64,000 nucleotides of DNA from an uncultured Candidatus Entotheonella sp. Lineage in GTDB: Bacteria > Tectomicrobia > Entotheonellia > Entotheonellales > Entotheonellaceae. The position numbers and the translations under genes were made by a program. A model generated the notes under the pieces. The model was not told the DNA's origin. It ran no database searches and was given only the letters and a program-made list of their open reading frames with translations. The DNA lies in contig OY282375.1 in assembly GCA_958295825.1 (NCBI GenBank), positions 665,489 to 729,488 of the forward strand. Reading direction: 5' to 3'. Of the stretch, positions 8,179 to 17,361 are shown in pieces. The stretch's first letter is position 1; every line of letters begins with the position of its first letter.

Positions 8179-11100
8179 ATGGAGCGGCGTGGCAACAGGG
8201 GTGGGCGACATATCGAGACCTACGCGCATACCGACAAGGAGCGTGTGAACAACCCGCCCGTCGGCTTGGTTACACCGGACACCGACCGCGACGCGGGCCG
8301 CAGGACCTACGCTCACGACCCGCACCTGGACCCACAGTTGTCCTGGGCCGGCAAGGCGGAGCATACCTCGTTCGAGGTGCCGACCGTGTCGCTGCACGTG
8401 CACGAACGCATCGACCCGCGTACGATCGTCGAAACAGCGCGCAAGCGCAACGGTGCGGAACCGCAGATGTCCTTGTTCGCCGCGCCGGAGGAAAACCCGC
8501 CGCTCCGTCAGGCTATCGAATTCTACCGGCACCGTCACAACTGGACCAACCGCCTGATTGCCGGCGACAGCCTGCTGGTGATGAACAGCCTGATCGAGAA
8601 GGAGGGCCTTGGCGGGCAGGTGCAGACGGTCTATCTCGATCCGCCCTACGGCATCCGTTATGGCTCCAACTTCCAGCCCTTCGTGAACCGGCGCGAGGTC
8701 ACCGACGGCAGGGACGAGGACCTGACCGGCGAGCCGGAGCAGATTCGCGCCTTCCGGGACACCTGGGAGCTTGGCATTCATTCCTACCTCGCGTATCTCC
8801 GGGACCGCTTGTTACTGGCGCGTGAGCTTTTGCATGAGAGCGGCAGCTGTTTCGTGCAAATCGGCGATGAGAACGTCCACCGCGTCGGCGTGGTCATGGA
8901 CGAGATCTTCGGTGCGGATAATCGGATGACGACGATTTCGTATGCGACAACCGGAGGGAGTTCCGCGAACACGTTGCCGCAGGTGGCGAACTATCTGCTC
9001 TGGTACGTAAAGGACAAGGGGCGCGCCAAGTACCGTCAGTTGTACGAGGAATTGACGCGGAAGGAAATTGTCGAGCAGATGAATTGGGATGCCATGGTTG
9101 AATTGGAGGATGGCAGTTGTAGATCGCTGTTGGCCACTGAGAAAGCTGATCCAGACAGAAACTTGCCATCGGGTGCCCGGCTGTTCCAACGCGCCATGCT
9201 GACATCACAACACGAGTCGCGCACCGGACGGTCTGAACCATACAAAGTCAGCGGAAGAACGTATATCTGTCCACGGAATCGGCAGTGGCAAGTGAGCAAA
9301 GAGGGCCTTGATCGTTTGACAGAAATTGGTCGCTTGGATTTCAGCGGACAGCACGCCAGACTGGCCTGGAAACATTACGAGGAGGAGATTCCGGGGAGGC
9401 GGTTAAACAATGTCTGGGCGGATCTGGCTCGCCCGGTCGACAAGCTTTATGTGGTTCAGACAGCGATTAAACTCCTGCAGCGAGCCATCCTGATGACCAC
9501 CGACCCCGGCGACTTGGTGTTCGATCCCACCTGCGGCTCCGGCACCACCGCCCACGTTGCCGAGCAGTGGGGCCGCCGCTGGATCACCTGCGACACCTCG
9601 CGGGTAGCCATCGCCATTGCCCGGCAGCGGCTGATGACCGCCAATTACGATTATTACGAGCTGGCCCATCCCGACGAGGGCGTCGGCGCCGGGTTCCGCT
9701 ACCGCAGCGTCGCCACCGTGTCGGCGCGAACCTTGGCCTACGACGAGCCGCCCAACGAGACCTTGCTCTACGACCAGCCGCATCGCGATCGCCGGAAGGC
9801 CCGCGTCACCGGTCCGTTCACCGTGGAGGCGGTGCCGGCTCCCGTCGTCAAGGCCGTGGATGAGATCATGGATGCTCATCCCGACCCCGGCGCAAGCCCC
9901 GCCGCCGACCTTTCCATCGCTCGCTCCGGCGAGACCCTGCGGCAAAGCGACTGGCGCGACGAATTGCTCAAGACCGGCATTCGCGGCAAGGCCGGACAGC
10001 GCATCTCGTTCGCGCGGCTGGAACCGTTGCCGGGAACCCGCTGGCTGCACGCCGAGGGCGAGACGCGCCCGGACACCGCCGGCGCCGACCACGTCCACGA
10101 CCCCGCAACCGCCTACACGTCCACGCCCCTTGTCGCCTCGTTCGGGCCGGACCACGCACCCCTGGAGCAGCGGCAGGTCGCCCGCGCCATCGAGGAGGCG
10201 CAAAGCCTCGTCCCCAAACCGAAGATGATTGTCTTCGCGGCGTTCCAGTTCGACCCCGAGGCGGCCAAAGACATCGACGAGACCCACTGGCCCGGCGTCA
10301 CGCTGCTCAAGGCGCAGATGAACGCCGACTTGCTGACCGAGGACCTGAAGAAGAAGCGGGCGAGCAACGAGAGCTTCTGGCTGATCGGCCAGCCGGACGT
10401 GGAAGTTTCGAGTTTTCAGTTTTTGGTTTTTGGTGAGGGGCAGCGGAGGATTGGCGGCTATGGAGCGTTCAGGAAGCTATCGGGACTTGAGCGTTTGGAA
10501 GAGATCAATCGGCTTGATTGGCAGGCTCTATGCCTCTACGCGCTCCTGTCCCAGGGAAGAGACGTATGGCGTTACCTCGCAGATACGCAGGGCTGGGATT
10601 TCGATAGCGGCCAATCTCGCGGAAGGCCAAGCCAGCAACACGAGCGGGGAGTTCCGGCAGTTTCTTGGAATAGCCCAAGGCTCGTTGGCGGCATTGGAAA
10701 CGCTGCTGACGATCTCGCAGAATTTGGGATATCCGACCTCGCCGGATGCCGCAGGGTTATTGAGCGACTGCGAGGCGATCGGCGGGTTGTCGGCGGGCTT
10801 GCAGAAGTCGCTGAAGCCCTGGATTTTCCCATCCATCCCCACGCTCGAACCTATCAACTCACAACTCAAAACCTGCACAGCCTCGCGGTGCGCGGCTTTG
10901 ACTACTACAACACCAAGACCGGCAACGTCGAATCCGGCGGCGCGGACCGCATCGCCCTGTGGATGCTCGACCCGGATTACGACGGGCGCAGCCTGTTTCC
11001 GCGCCAGGTGTTCTTCCCCATGGCCGGCGGCAATGACGGCTGGGCGAGATTGGCCCGTAATCTCAGAGCCGAAATCGACCAGGGCCGGATGGAAGCCTAC

Positions 11101-11208
11101 CGCGGCACGGTGTCGCTGCCGTTCGAGGCGGGAGAGCATGGACGGGCGGCGGTGAAGATTGTGGACGACCGGGGGATCGAGAGTTTGAAGATCGTGGAGT
11201 TGGGGTGA
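8179..11208 (+). CDS. mod: Type III restriction-modification Mod (N6-adenine DNA methyltransferase) subunit carrying an in-frame about 150-codon insertion
   Basis: DPPY motif (VYLDPPYGIRYGSNFQPF) followed by AdoMet motif I (LVFDPTCGSGTTAHVAEQ), the beta-class order. Mod C-terminal signature ...GFDYYNTKTGNVESGGADRIALWMLDPDYDGRSLF...AAVKIVDDRGIESLKIVEL. The codons between ...LIGQPDVEV (about 10405) and LTTQNLHSLAVRGFDYY (about 10860) are not Mod-like. Confidence 0.85.
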   Translation: MERRGNRGGRHIETYAHTDKERVNNPPVGLVTPDTDRDAGRRTYAHDPHLDPQLSWAGKAEHTSFEVPTVSLHVHERIDPRTIVETARKRNGAEPQMSLFAAPEENPPLRQAIEFYRHRHNWTNRLIAGDSLLVMNSLIEKEGLGGQVQTVYLDPPYGIRYGSNFQPFVNRREVTDGRDEDLTGEPEQIRAFRDTWELGIHSYLAYLRDRLLLARELLHESGSCFVQIGDENVHRVGVVMDEIFGADNRMTTISYATTGGSSANTLPQVANYLLWYVKDKGRAKYRQLYEELTRKEIVEQMNWDAMVELEDGSCRSLLATEKADPDRNLPSGARLFQRAMLTSQHESRTGRSEPYKVSGRTYICPRNRQWQVSKEGLDRLTEIGRLDFSGQHARLAWKHYEEEIPGRRLNNVWADLARPVDKLYVVQTAIKLLQRAILMTTDPGDLVFDPTCGSGTTAHVAEQWGRRWITCDTSRVAIAIARQRLMTANYDYYELAHPDEGVGAGFRYRSVATVSARTLAYDEPPNETLLYDQPHRDRRKARVTGPFTVEAVPAPVVKAVDEIMDAHPDPGASPAADLSIARSGETLRQSDWRDELLKTGIRGKAGQRISFARLEPLPGTRWLHAEGETRPDTAGADHVHDPATAYTSTPLVASFGPDHAPLEQRQVARAIEEAQSLVPKPKMIVFAAFQFDPEAAKDIDETHWPGVTLLKAQMNADLLTEDLKKKRASNESFWLIGQPDVEVSSFQFLVFGEGQRRIGGYGAFRKLSGLERLEEINRLDWQALCLYALLSQGRDVWRYLADTQGWDFDSGQSRGRPSQQHERGVPAVSWNSPRLVGGIGNAADDLAEFGISDLAGCRRVIERLRGDRRVVGGLAEVAEALDFPIHPHARTYQLTTQNLHSLAVRGFDYYNTKTGNVESGGADRIALWMLDPDYDGRSLFPRQVFFPMAGGNDGWARLARNLRAEIDQGRMEAYRGTVSLPFEAGEHGRAAVKIVDDRGIESLKIVELG
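10460..11155 (+). CDS. Four-helix-bundle protein (TIGR02436-like, '23S rRNA intervening-sequence protein' family) ORF embedded in mod in the +1 frame
   Basis: MERSGSYRDLSVWKRSIGLIGRLYASTRSCPREETYGVTSQIRRAGISIAANLAEGQASNTSGEFRQFLGIAQGSLAALETLLTISQNLGYP...LQKSLK matches the 4HB family over the first ~118 codons (to about 10810). GGAGGA RBS sits 8 nt upstream. The frame then stays open to 11155, so the 3' end is uncertain. Confidence 0.55.
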   Translation: MERSGSYRDLSVWKRSIGLIGRLYASTRSCPREETYGVTSQIRRAGISIAANLAEGQASNTSGEFRQFLGIAQGSLAALETLLTISQNLGYPTSPDAAGLLSDCEAIGGLSAGLQKSLKPWIFPSIPTLEPINSQLKTCTASRCAALTTTTPRPATSNPAARTASPCGCSTRITTGAACFRARCSSPWPAAMTAGRDWPVISEPKSTRAGWKPTAARCRCRSRRESMDGRR

Positions 11209-11259
11209 TGGAGAGACAGAAGCAGGGCGGGGAAAATCATTGAAAAGATCGAGAGCGTG

Positions 11260-12066
11260 ATGGCGCCAACGAAAAAAGGCAAAGCGCTTGAACGGTTGCG
11301 GAAGGCGCTGGACGAAATCGCTGAATTGAAACAATTATCGTCGGATTCTCCGCAATTCAAGACATGGCGGAGAAATGCAGGGGTTGCCATCAGAGAAACG
11401 TTTGGTAGTGCTTCAGATCATATCAGGGAGTTTAGAGGATCACAGTTTGCTGTTTCTGGTCGATCTGATTCCGAAATTAGAAAGGCCTATATACGAGATT
11501 TGGAATCGGATGCGGCGATGCTTCAATCCATGATTGATGAGGTTAATGAGTATTGGAAAGACGAGAGCGAGATGCCAGGATCTTCCGATAGTCACGGAAA
11601 CGAACAGGTAAACACGAAAGAAGTCTTCATCGTTCATGGCAGGGACGAAGGTGCCCGCGAAAAGGTGGCGAGGTTTCTGGAAAGGTTGGGACTCGATCCC
11701 GTGGTGCTGCACGAACAGCCGAATGAGGGCCGCACGATTATTGAAAAGTTTGAGGGTTATGCGCACGTCCGGTTTGCTGTGGTTCTGTTGACGCCAGACG
11801 ACAGAGGCGGACTTCAGGACGATGAGGGCAGTTTCAAGCCCCGCGCAAGGCAAAACGTCATTTTCGAGTTCGGGTACTTCATCGGAAAGCTCGGTCGGGA
11901 ACGCGTCTGCGCCTTGGTGAAGGGGGAGGTGGAAAGACCGTCAGATTACGATGGCGTTATTTACATTACACTTGATGATTCGGACGGGTGGAAAATGAGA
12001 CTTATCCTGGAGCTGAAGAACGCCGGATACGATGTCGACGCGAACCGGGCATTTACTACACCATGA
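11260..12066 (+). CDS. Two-domain protein: uncharacterised N-terminal domain plus C-terminal TIR-like (COG4271/pfam10137-type) domain
   Basis: C-terminal ...KEVFIVHGRDEGAREKVARFLERLGLDPVVLHEQPNEGRTIIEKFEGYAHVRFAVVLLTPDD... fits the TIR-like nucleotide-binding domain. The N-terminal ~110 aa are homologous to the N-terminus of the protein at 32978-34261. Located between mod and res. Confidence 0.7.
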   Translation: MAPTKKGKALERLRKALDEIAELKQLSSDSPQFKTWRRNAGVAIRETFGSASDHIREFRGSQFAVSGRSDSEIRKAYIRDLESDAAMLQSMIDEVNEYWKDESEMPGSSDSHGNEQVNTKEVFIVHGRDEGAREKVARFLERLGLDPVVLHEQPNEGRTIIEKFEGYAHVRFAVVLLTPDDRGGLQDDEGSFKPRARQNVIFEFGYFIGKLGRERVCALVKGEVERPSDYDGVIYITLDDSDGWKMRLILELKNAGYDVDANRAFTTP

Positions 12067-12080
12067 ACGCAGCCCAGGCA

Positions 12081-12164
12081 CATGCGGTTCGATCTCGACG
12101 ACATGGAACTCGAATTGAAGGAAATTTTTGGGCGCAAGGTCGATCTGGTCAGTCGGCGGGGATG
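12081..12164 (+). pseudogene. C-terminal remnant of a minimal nucleotidyltransferase (MNT/MntA-type antitoxin) gene
   Basis: Translates MRFDLDDMELELKEIFGRKVDLVSRRG*, the conserved MNT C-terminus (...LEELLGRKVDLV). Only 27 codons remain. Confidence 0.45.
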
Positions 12165-12247
12165 AGGCGAGTCCCAACGATCTGCGCAGGAACGGCCTCC
12201 TGAAGTCCGCCCGGGTGATCTATGGACCGTGACGCCCCGCACGTCGT

Positions 12248-15193
12248 ATGGACGACGGCGCACGGGCAAATTCCGGAATGGCTGGCGCCGCCAACGTCCG
12301 ACGAACCCCTGGAGAGCGAATAGTGGCCCGCACGACAATCGATCAATTGATCGTCAATTCTCCCTACGAAGAGCCGGCGGAACACTGGTAGTACGACCGG
12401 GTTACACGCTCGTTCGACCGTGCAGAAGGCCGGCGGCCGGCAGGCTATGTCGTCGCTTCCCAGGCTTCCAGGGCGTTTGACGACCCCGGCGCGTTTGTCG
12501 AAATCCCCTTGGTCAATCAGATCCGGCCGCGCGTCAAGGCGTGGCGTGAGGCGGGATATCCGGGCGTCACCGGCATGACCAAGCGGCTGCTTACGCACTG
12601 GACCGACCCGGAGGAGTTTGACAGCCGGCGTTTCTTCTTCTGCCAGGTCGAAGCGGCGGAGACGCTTATCTGGTTCACCGAAGGGCCGGCGGTCGAAAAG
12701 GTCGGCGTGGAGATTCCCTCCGATGGCGGCGCGTTCAGACGGCTGTGCGCAAAAATGGCGACAGGCTCAGGCAAAACCGTCGTCATGGCGATGGTGGCGG
12801 CGTGGCACGTCCTGAACAAGGTGACGTCGCCCCAGGACACCCGGTTCGCCAGGCACATTCTGGTTGTCGCGCCGGGGTTGACGGTCAGGAACCGCCTGGC
12901 GGTGTTGGAGCCGTCCCACCCGGAGAACTATTACGACGCCTTCCGCATTGTGCCGCCGGCTCTGCTCGATAAGCTGCGACGGGGCAAGGTCGCAATCCGC
13001 AACTGGCACGCGCTCAACTGGGAGGGTGAGGACAAAATCGCCGCCCGGCGCGGCGTGGACAAGCGCGGCGCCAAAAGCGACGAGGCCTATGTCCGCGACG
13101 TGCTCGGAGACATGGCGCGAGCGCGGAACATCCTGGTCATCAACGACGAAGCGCATCATGCCTGGCGCGTTCCTGCCGGACCCAAGCTGAAGGGCGTGGC
13201 CAAGGCCGACGTCGACGAGGCCACGAAATGGATTGGCGGGCTCGACCGCATCCACGGGGCACGGGGCATTCTCGCCTGTTATGACTTCTCGGCAACCCCA
13301 TTCGCGCCGTCAGGCAAGCAGAGTTCCGAAGAGGCGCTGTTCGGCTGGATCGTGAGCGACTTCGGCTTGAACGACGCTATCGAATCGGGTTTGGTCAAGA
13401 CGCCGCGCGTGGTGATCCGGGACGACGCAGTGCCCGATGCCAAGAGCTACAGATCCCGCCTCTATCACATCTACAACGATGCGGAGGTCAAGGACGACCT
13501 GAACCGCCGCGCCAAGACGGAAGAACCGCTGCCCGATCTGGTCCTGAACGGCTATTACCTGCTTGGCTATGATTGGCGCGAGACGGCGAAAGACTGGCGT
13601 GAGAAGGGATTCCAGACCTCGCCGGTCATGATTACCGTTGCCAACCGCACGGAGACGGCAGCTCGCATCAAGTACGCGTTTGATCACAAGAGGGTCCGCA
13701 TCGAGGAGCTATGCGACCCGGAGCGAACCCTGCACATCGATTCGAAGGTGCTTGAAGCGGCCGAGGCTGCAGCGGAGCCCATTTCGGACATTGACGCGGG
13801 AGAACGCGCGGGAGGTGGAGACGATGGCCCTTCGACGCAGCTCACCAAAAAACAGCAGGCCGAGTGGTTGCGACGGCGGGTGGACAGTGTGGGCCGGGTC
13901 GGCAAGGAGGGTGAGCGAATACTGAACGTGATTTCCGTCGGCATGCTGTCCGAAGGATGGGACGCGAAAACCGTGACCCACATCATGGGGCTGCGCGCGT
14001 TTACCAGCCAGCTTCTCTGTGAGCAGGTGGTCGGGCGCGGCTTGCGCCGGACCGCTTATGAGGTGGACCCGGATAACGGCCTGTTCCAGCCGGAATACGT
14101 CAATATCTTCGGTGTGCCCTTTGCCTTTTTACCTCATGAGGGTGGAACGGACGGCCCACCGCCGCCGCCGGAACCAAAGACGGCTATCGAGCCGGTAGCG
14201 GACAAGGCGGGTTTCGAAATCTCCTGGCCGAACGTGGTCCGCATCGACCACGGCTTCCGTCCGCACCTGTCCCTGGATTGGCAGGCGCTGCCTCCCCTGG
14301 CACTGGATGCCAGCCAGACGGCTCAACTGGCGGAGCTTGCTCCGATCGTCGAAGGCAAGCCCGACGTGTCGAGGATCGAGGCCATCGATTTGCAAGAACT
14401 GGCGGCGGAGTTCCGCACGCAGCGCATCGTCTTTGAGACCGCGCGGGACGTGTACGATCTGATGCAACCGAATTGGCCGGGCGGCAAGGCGTTGCTGCTG
14501 GCTCAGCTGGTACGGTTGATCGAGCAATTCGTCCGTTCGGACCGCATCAGGATGACCCCGGCTCTGTTCCGGCACGACGATCTCAAGCGCCGCCTCGTCA
14601 TCACGTTGAACATGACCAAGGTCGTGCAGCATGTCTGGGAGGCAATTCGCTTCGAGAACACCGAAAGACCGGAGCCGGTGTTTGACCGGGACCGTCCTGT
14701 CCGTTCTACGGGTGACATGGCGACGTGGTACACGGGCAAGCCCTGCGAGCGCGCGGCGCGCAGCCACGTCAACTTCTGCGTCTACGACAGCACGTGGGAG
14801 GCGTCGGAAGCCTTCGTGTTCGACCGTGCCGACGAGGTAGCCGCCTGGGTAAAAAACGATCACCTTGGCTTCGAGGTGTTCTACGTTCACCGAGGCGTGG
14901 TGCGGAAGTATCGCCCGGACTTCCTGATCCGGCTCGGCTCGGGCGACATGATGGTTCTGGAGACCAAGGGCCGTGACAGCGATCAGGACCAAACCAAGCG
15001 TCGGTTCCTCGACGAATGGGTGCGTGCCGTCAATGCTCATGGTGGCTTCGGTCGCTGGTCTTGGGACGTGTCGAAAAATCCCGGTGATGTCCGGGACATT
15101 CTCGCAAGGCATCTACGTGCTGCGGGCAACGTCGCGGCGATGGAAACACCCAGGGTTCGGGGCGACGCGTCGAACCGGGTTTCTGGCCGGTAA
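12248..15193 (+). CDS. res: Type III restriction enzyme Res subunit (SF2 helicase plus C-terminal PD-(D/E)xK nuclease), frame interrupted by an in-frame TAG at 12389-12391
   Basis: Helicase motifs ATGSGKT, VINDEAHHAW, SEGWDAKTV and QVVGRGLRR. C-terminal nuclease region FEVFYVHRGVVRKYRPDFLIRL...VLETKGRD. The N-terminal Res-like stretch ...TIDQLIVNSPYEEPAEHW*YDRVTRSFD reads from the ATG at 12248 through a TAG in the same frame as the 12509-15193 ORF. Confidence 0.8.
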
Positions 15194-15365
15194 GATCTCC
15201 GTGCCGGAGGACTTCGACCGCATGGCCTCCGCCGGAATCGCAGCCTTGTTCGAAACGGACGAGTGAGCTTCCTTCTCAAGACACCCCGGTAAAGCGCTGA
15301 TCTGCCGCTGCCACGGTGTCCCGCGTCCATCATGGCCTCGGTATATATCTACGGAGTTAGCATCA

Positions 15366-17339
15366 ATGGTTACCCATATTGGCGTTGATACCGGCGGAAC
15401 GTTCAGCGATTTCATCCGCATCGAGAATGGCGCGCCGGTCATTCATAAAGTCTTGTCGACCCCGGGCAACCCGGCGCAGGCGGTGTTGGAGGGGCTGGCG
15501 CACCTGTGTCCCGATCTCGTCGGGGCGGAGGTGGTGCACGGCTCTACCGTGGCGACCAATGCGCTGCTGGAGCGCAAGGGCGCTCGCACGGCGCTGGTGG
15601 CCACGCGGGGGTTCGAGGACGTGTTGGAGATTGGGCGTCAGACGCGCCCGCACCTGTATGACCCGTTCGTGGAGAAGCTGCCGCCGCTGGTGCCGGCGCG
15701 CATGCGGTTCGGCGTTGCCGAACGGCTGGCCTACGACGGCGAGGTGCTGGAACCCCTGGCGGCGGCGGAAATCGAGCGGGTTATCGAGCGCGTGCGGCGT
15801 TCCGGGGCGCAGTCGCTGGCCGTCTGCCTGCTGCACGCCTACGCCAACCCGGTGCACGAGGCGGCCATCACGCAGGCGGCGCAGCGCCTCGGCATCCCGG
15901 TGTCGGCGTCGCATCAGGTGCTGCCGGAGTTTCGCGAATACGAGCGCTGCAGCACCACGGTGGTGAACGCCTATCTGCGCCCGGTGATGCAGCGTTACCT
16001 GCAGAGCCTGTCGGCGGCGCTGCAGGGCGCCAAGCTGCGGGTGATGCGCTCCAACGGCGGCGTGATGTCGGCGGCGCGGGCGCACCAGGAAGCGGTGCAC
16101 ACGGTGCTGTCCGGCCCGGCGGGCGGCGTTGTGGGGGCGTTTCGCAGCGCCCGCGAGGTCGGCTATGCCCGCGTCATCACGTTCGACATGGGCGGCACGT
16201 CCACGGACGTGTCGCTGTGCGAGGAACAGCCGCGCACGACCACGGAGACGATTGTAGCCGGCTGTCCGGTCAAGGTGCCGGTGCTGGACATCCACACGGT
16301 AGGGGCGGGCGGCGGCTCGCTGGCGACCATCGATCCGGGCGGCGCGCTACAGGTTGGCCCGCAGAGCGCGGGCGCTGATCCGGGTCCGGTGTGTTACGGC
16401 AAGGGCGCGGGGCTGACCGTCACCGACGCCAACCTGTACCTGGGGCGCCTGCACCCGGACGGATTCCTGGGCGGCAACATGCGGCTCGACGTGCCGCGCA
16501 CGCGGGCGGCGGTGGCGGACTTCGCGGGGCGCAGCGGCCTGAGCCCGGAGGTGCTGTGCCAGGGCATCCTGGAGGTGGTGAACGCCAATATGGAAGGCGC
16601 CATCCGCGTCATTTCGGTGGAACGCGGCCACGACCCGCGTGAGTTTGCCCTGGTGTCGTTCGGCGGCGCCGGCGGCATGCACGCGGCCGATCTGGCGCGG
16701 CGGTTGTCCATCCCCACGGTGCTGGCGCCGGCGCATCCCGGCATTCTGTCGGCCTACGGCATGCTGGTGTCCGACTACGTGCAGGAATACGCCCAGACCC
16801 TGTTGCTCCCGGTGGCGGAACTGACGAGCGAGCGAGCGGCGGCGGCGTTCCGGGAGTTGGAGGCGCGCGGCCGGGAGACGATGCGCGAGGAAGGCGTGGC
16901 GCCGCAGGCCATCGAGATCAGCCGTTTCGTTGACATGTGCTACGTGGGCCAGTCGTTCGAGCTGGTGGTGCCGTGGAGTGACCATTGCAGCGAGGAGTTT
17001 CACCGCCGGCACGAAAGTCGCTACGGCTATGCCGACAGCACGCGGGCGACGCAGGTCGTCAACGTGCGCATCCGGGTGGTGGGGCCGGCCGGGGTGGCGC
17101 AGCGCCCGCTGCGGCGGGCGGACGGCAACGGCGGCGGTGACGCGCACGTCGACACGGCGCCCATGTGGGGCGAGAAGGGCTGGCTGCAAACGCCGGTTTA
17201 CGACCGCCAGCGCCTGCAGCCCGGTCAGCACTTGCCCGGCCCGGCGCTGATTACCGAATACAGCGCGACCACCGTGGTGCCGGACGATTTCACGGCGCGC
17301 ATCGACGATTACTACAATCTGGTACTGCAGCGGCGCTGA
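15366..17339 (+). CDS. hyuA: Hydantoinase A / 5-oxoprolinase subunit, second paralog
   Basis: 657 aa, MVTHIGVDTGGTFSDFIRIE... The family is conserved throughout. Confidence 0.9.
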   Translation: MVTHIGVDTGGTFSDFIRIENGAPVIHKVLSTPGNPAQAVLEGLAHLCPDLVGAEVVHGSTVATNALLERKGARTALVATRGFEDVLEIGRQTRPHLYDPFVEKLPPLVPARMRFGVAERLAYDGEVLEPLAAAEIERVIERVRRSGAQSLAVCLLHAYANPVHEAAITQAAQRLGIPVSASHQVLPEFREYERCSTTVVNAYLRPVMQRYLQSLSAALQGAKLRVMRSNGGVMSAARAHQEAVHTVLSGPAGGVVGAFRSAREVGYARVITFDMGGTSTDVSLCEEQPRTTTETIVAGCPVKVPVLDIHTVGAGGGSLATIDPGGALQVGPQSAGADPGPVCYGKGAGLTVTDANLYLGRLHPDGFLGGNMRLDVPRTRAAVADFAGRSGLSPEVLCQGILEVVNANMEGAIRVISVERGHDPREFALVSFGGAGGMHAADLARRLSIPTVLAPAHPGILSAYGMLVSDYVQEYAQTLLLPVAELTSERAAAAFRELEARGRETMREEGVAPQAIEISRFVDMCYVGQSFELVVPWSDHCSEEFHRRHESRYGYADSTRATQVVNVRIRVVGPAGVAQRPLRRADGNGGGDAHVDTAPMWGEKGWLQTPVYDRQRLQPGQHLPGPALITEYSATTVVPDDFTARIDDYYNLVLQRR

Positions 17340-17361
17340 CGCAGCCCGTATGGAGGCACGC

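Noticed and set aside
8026-10287. Minus-strand ORFs 8026-8781 and 9403-10287 inside mod
   Set aside because: Both overlap the well-supported Mod coding frame on the opposite strand. They are typical open antisense frames of high-GC DNA.
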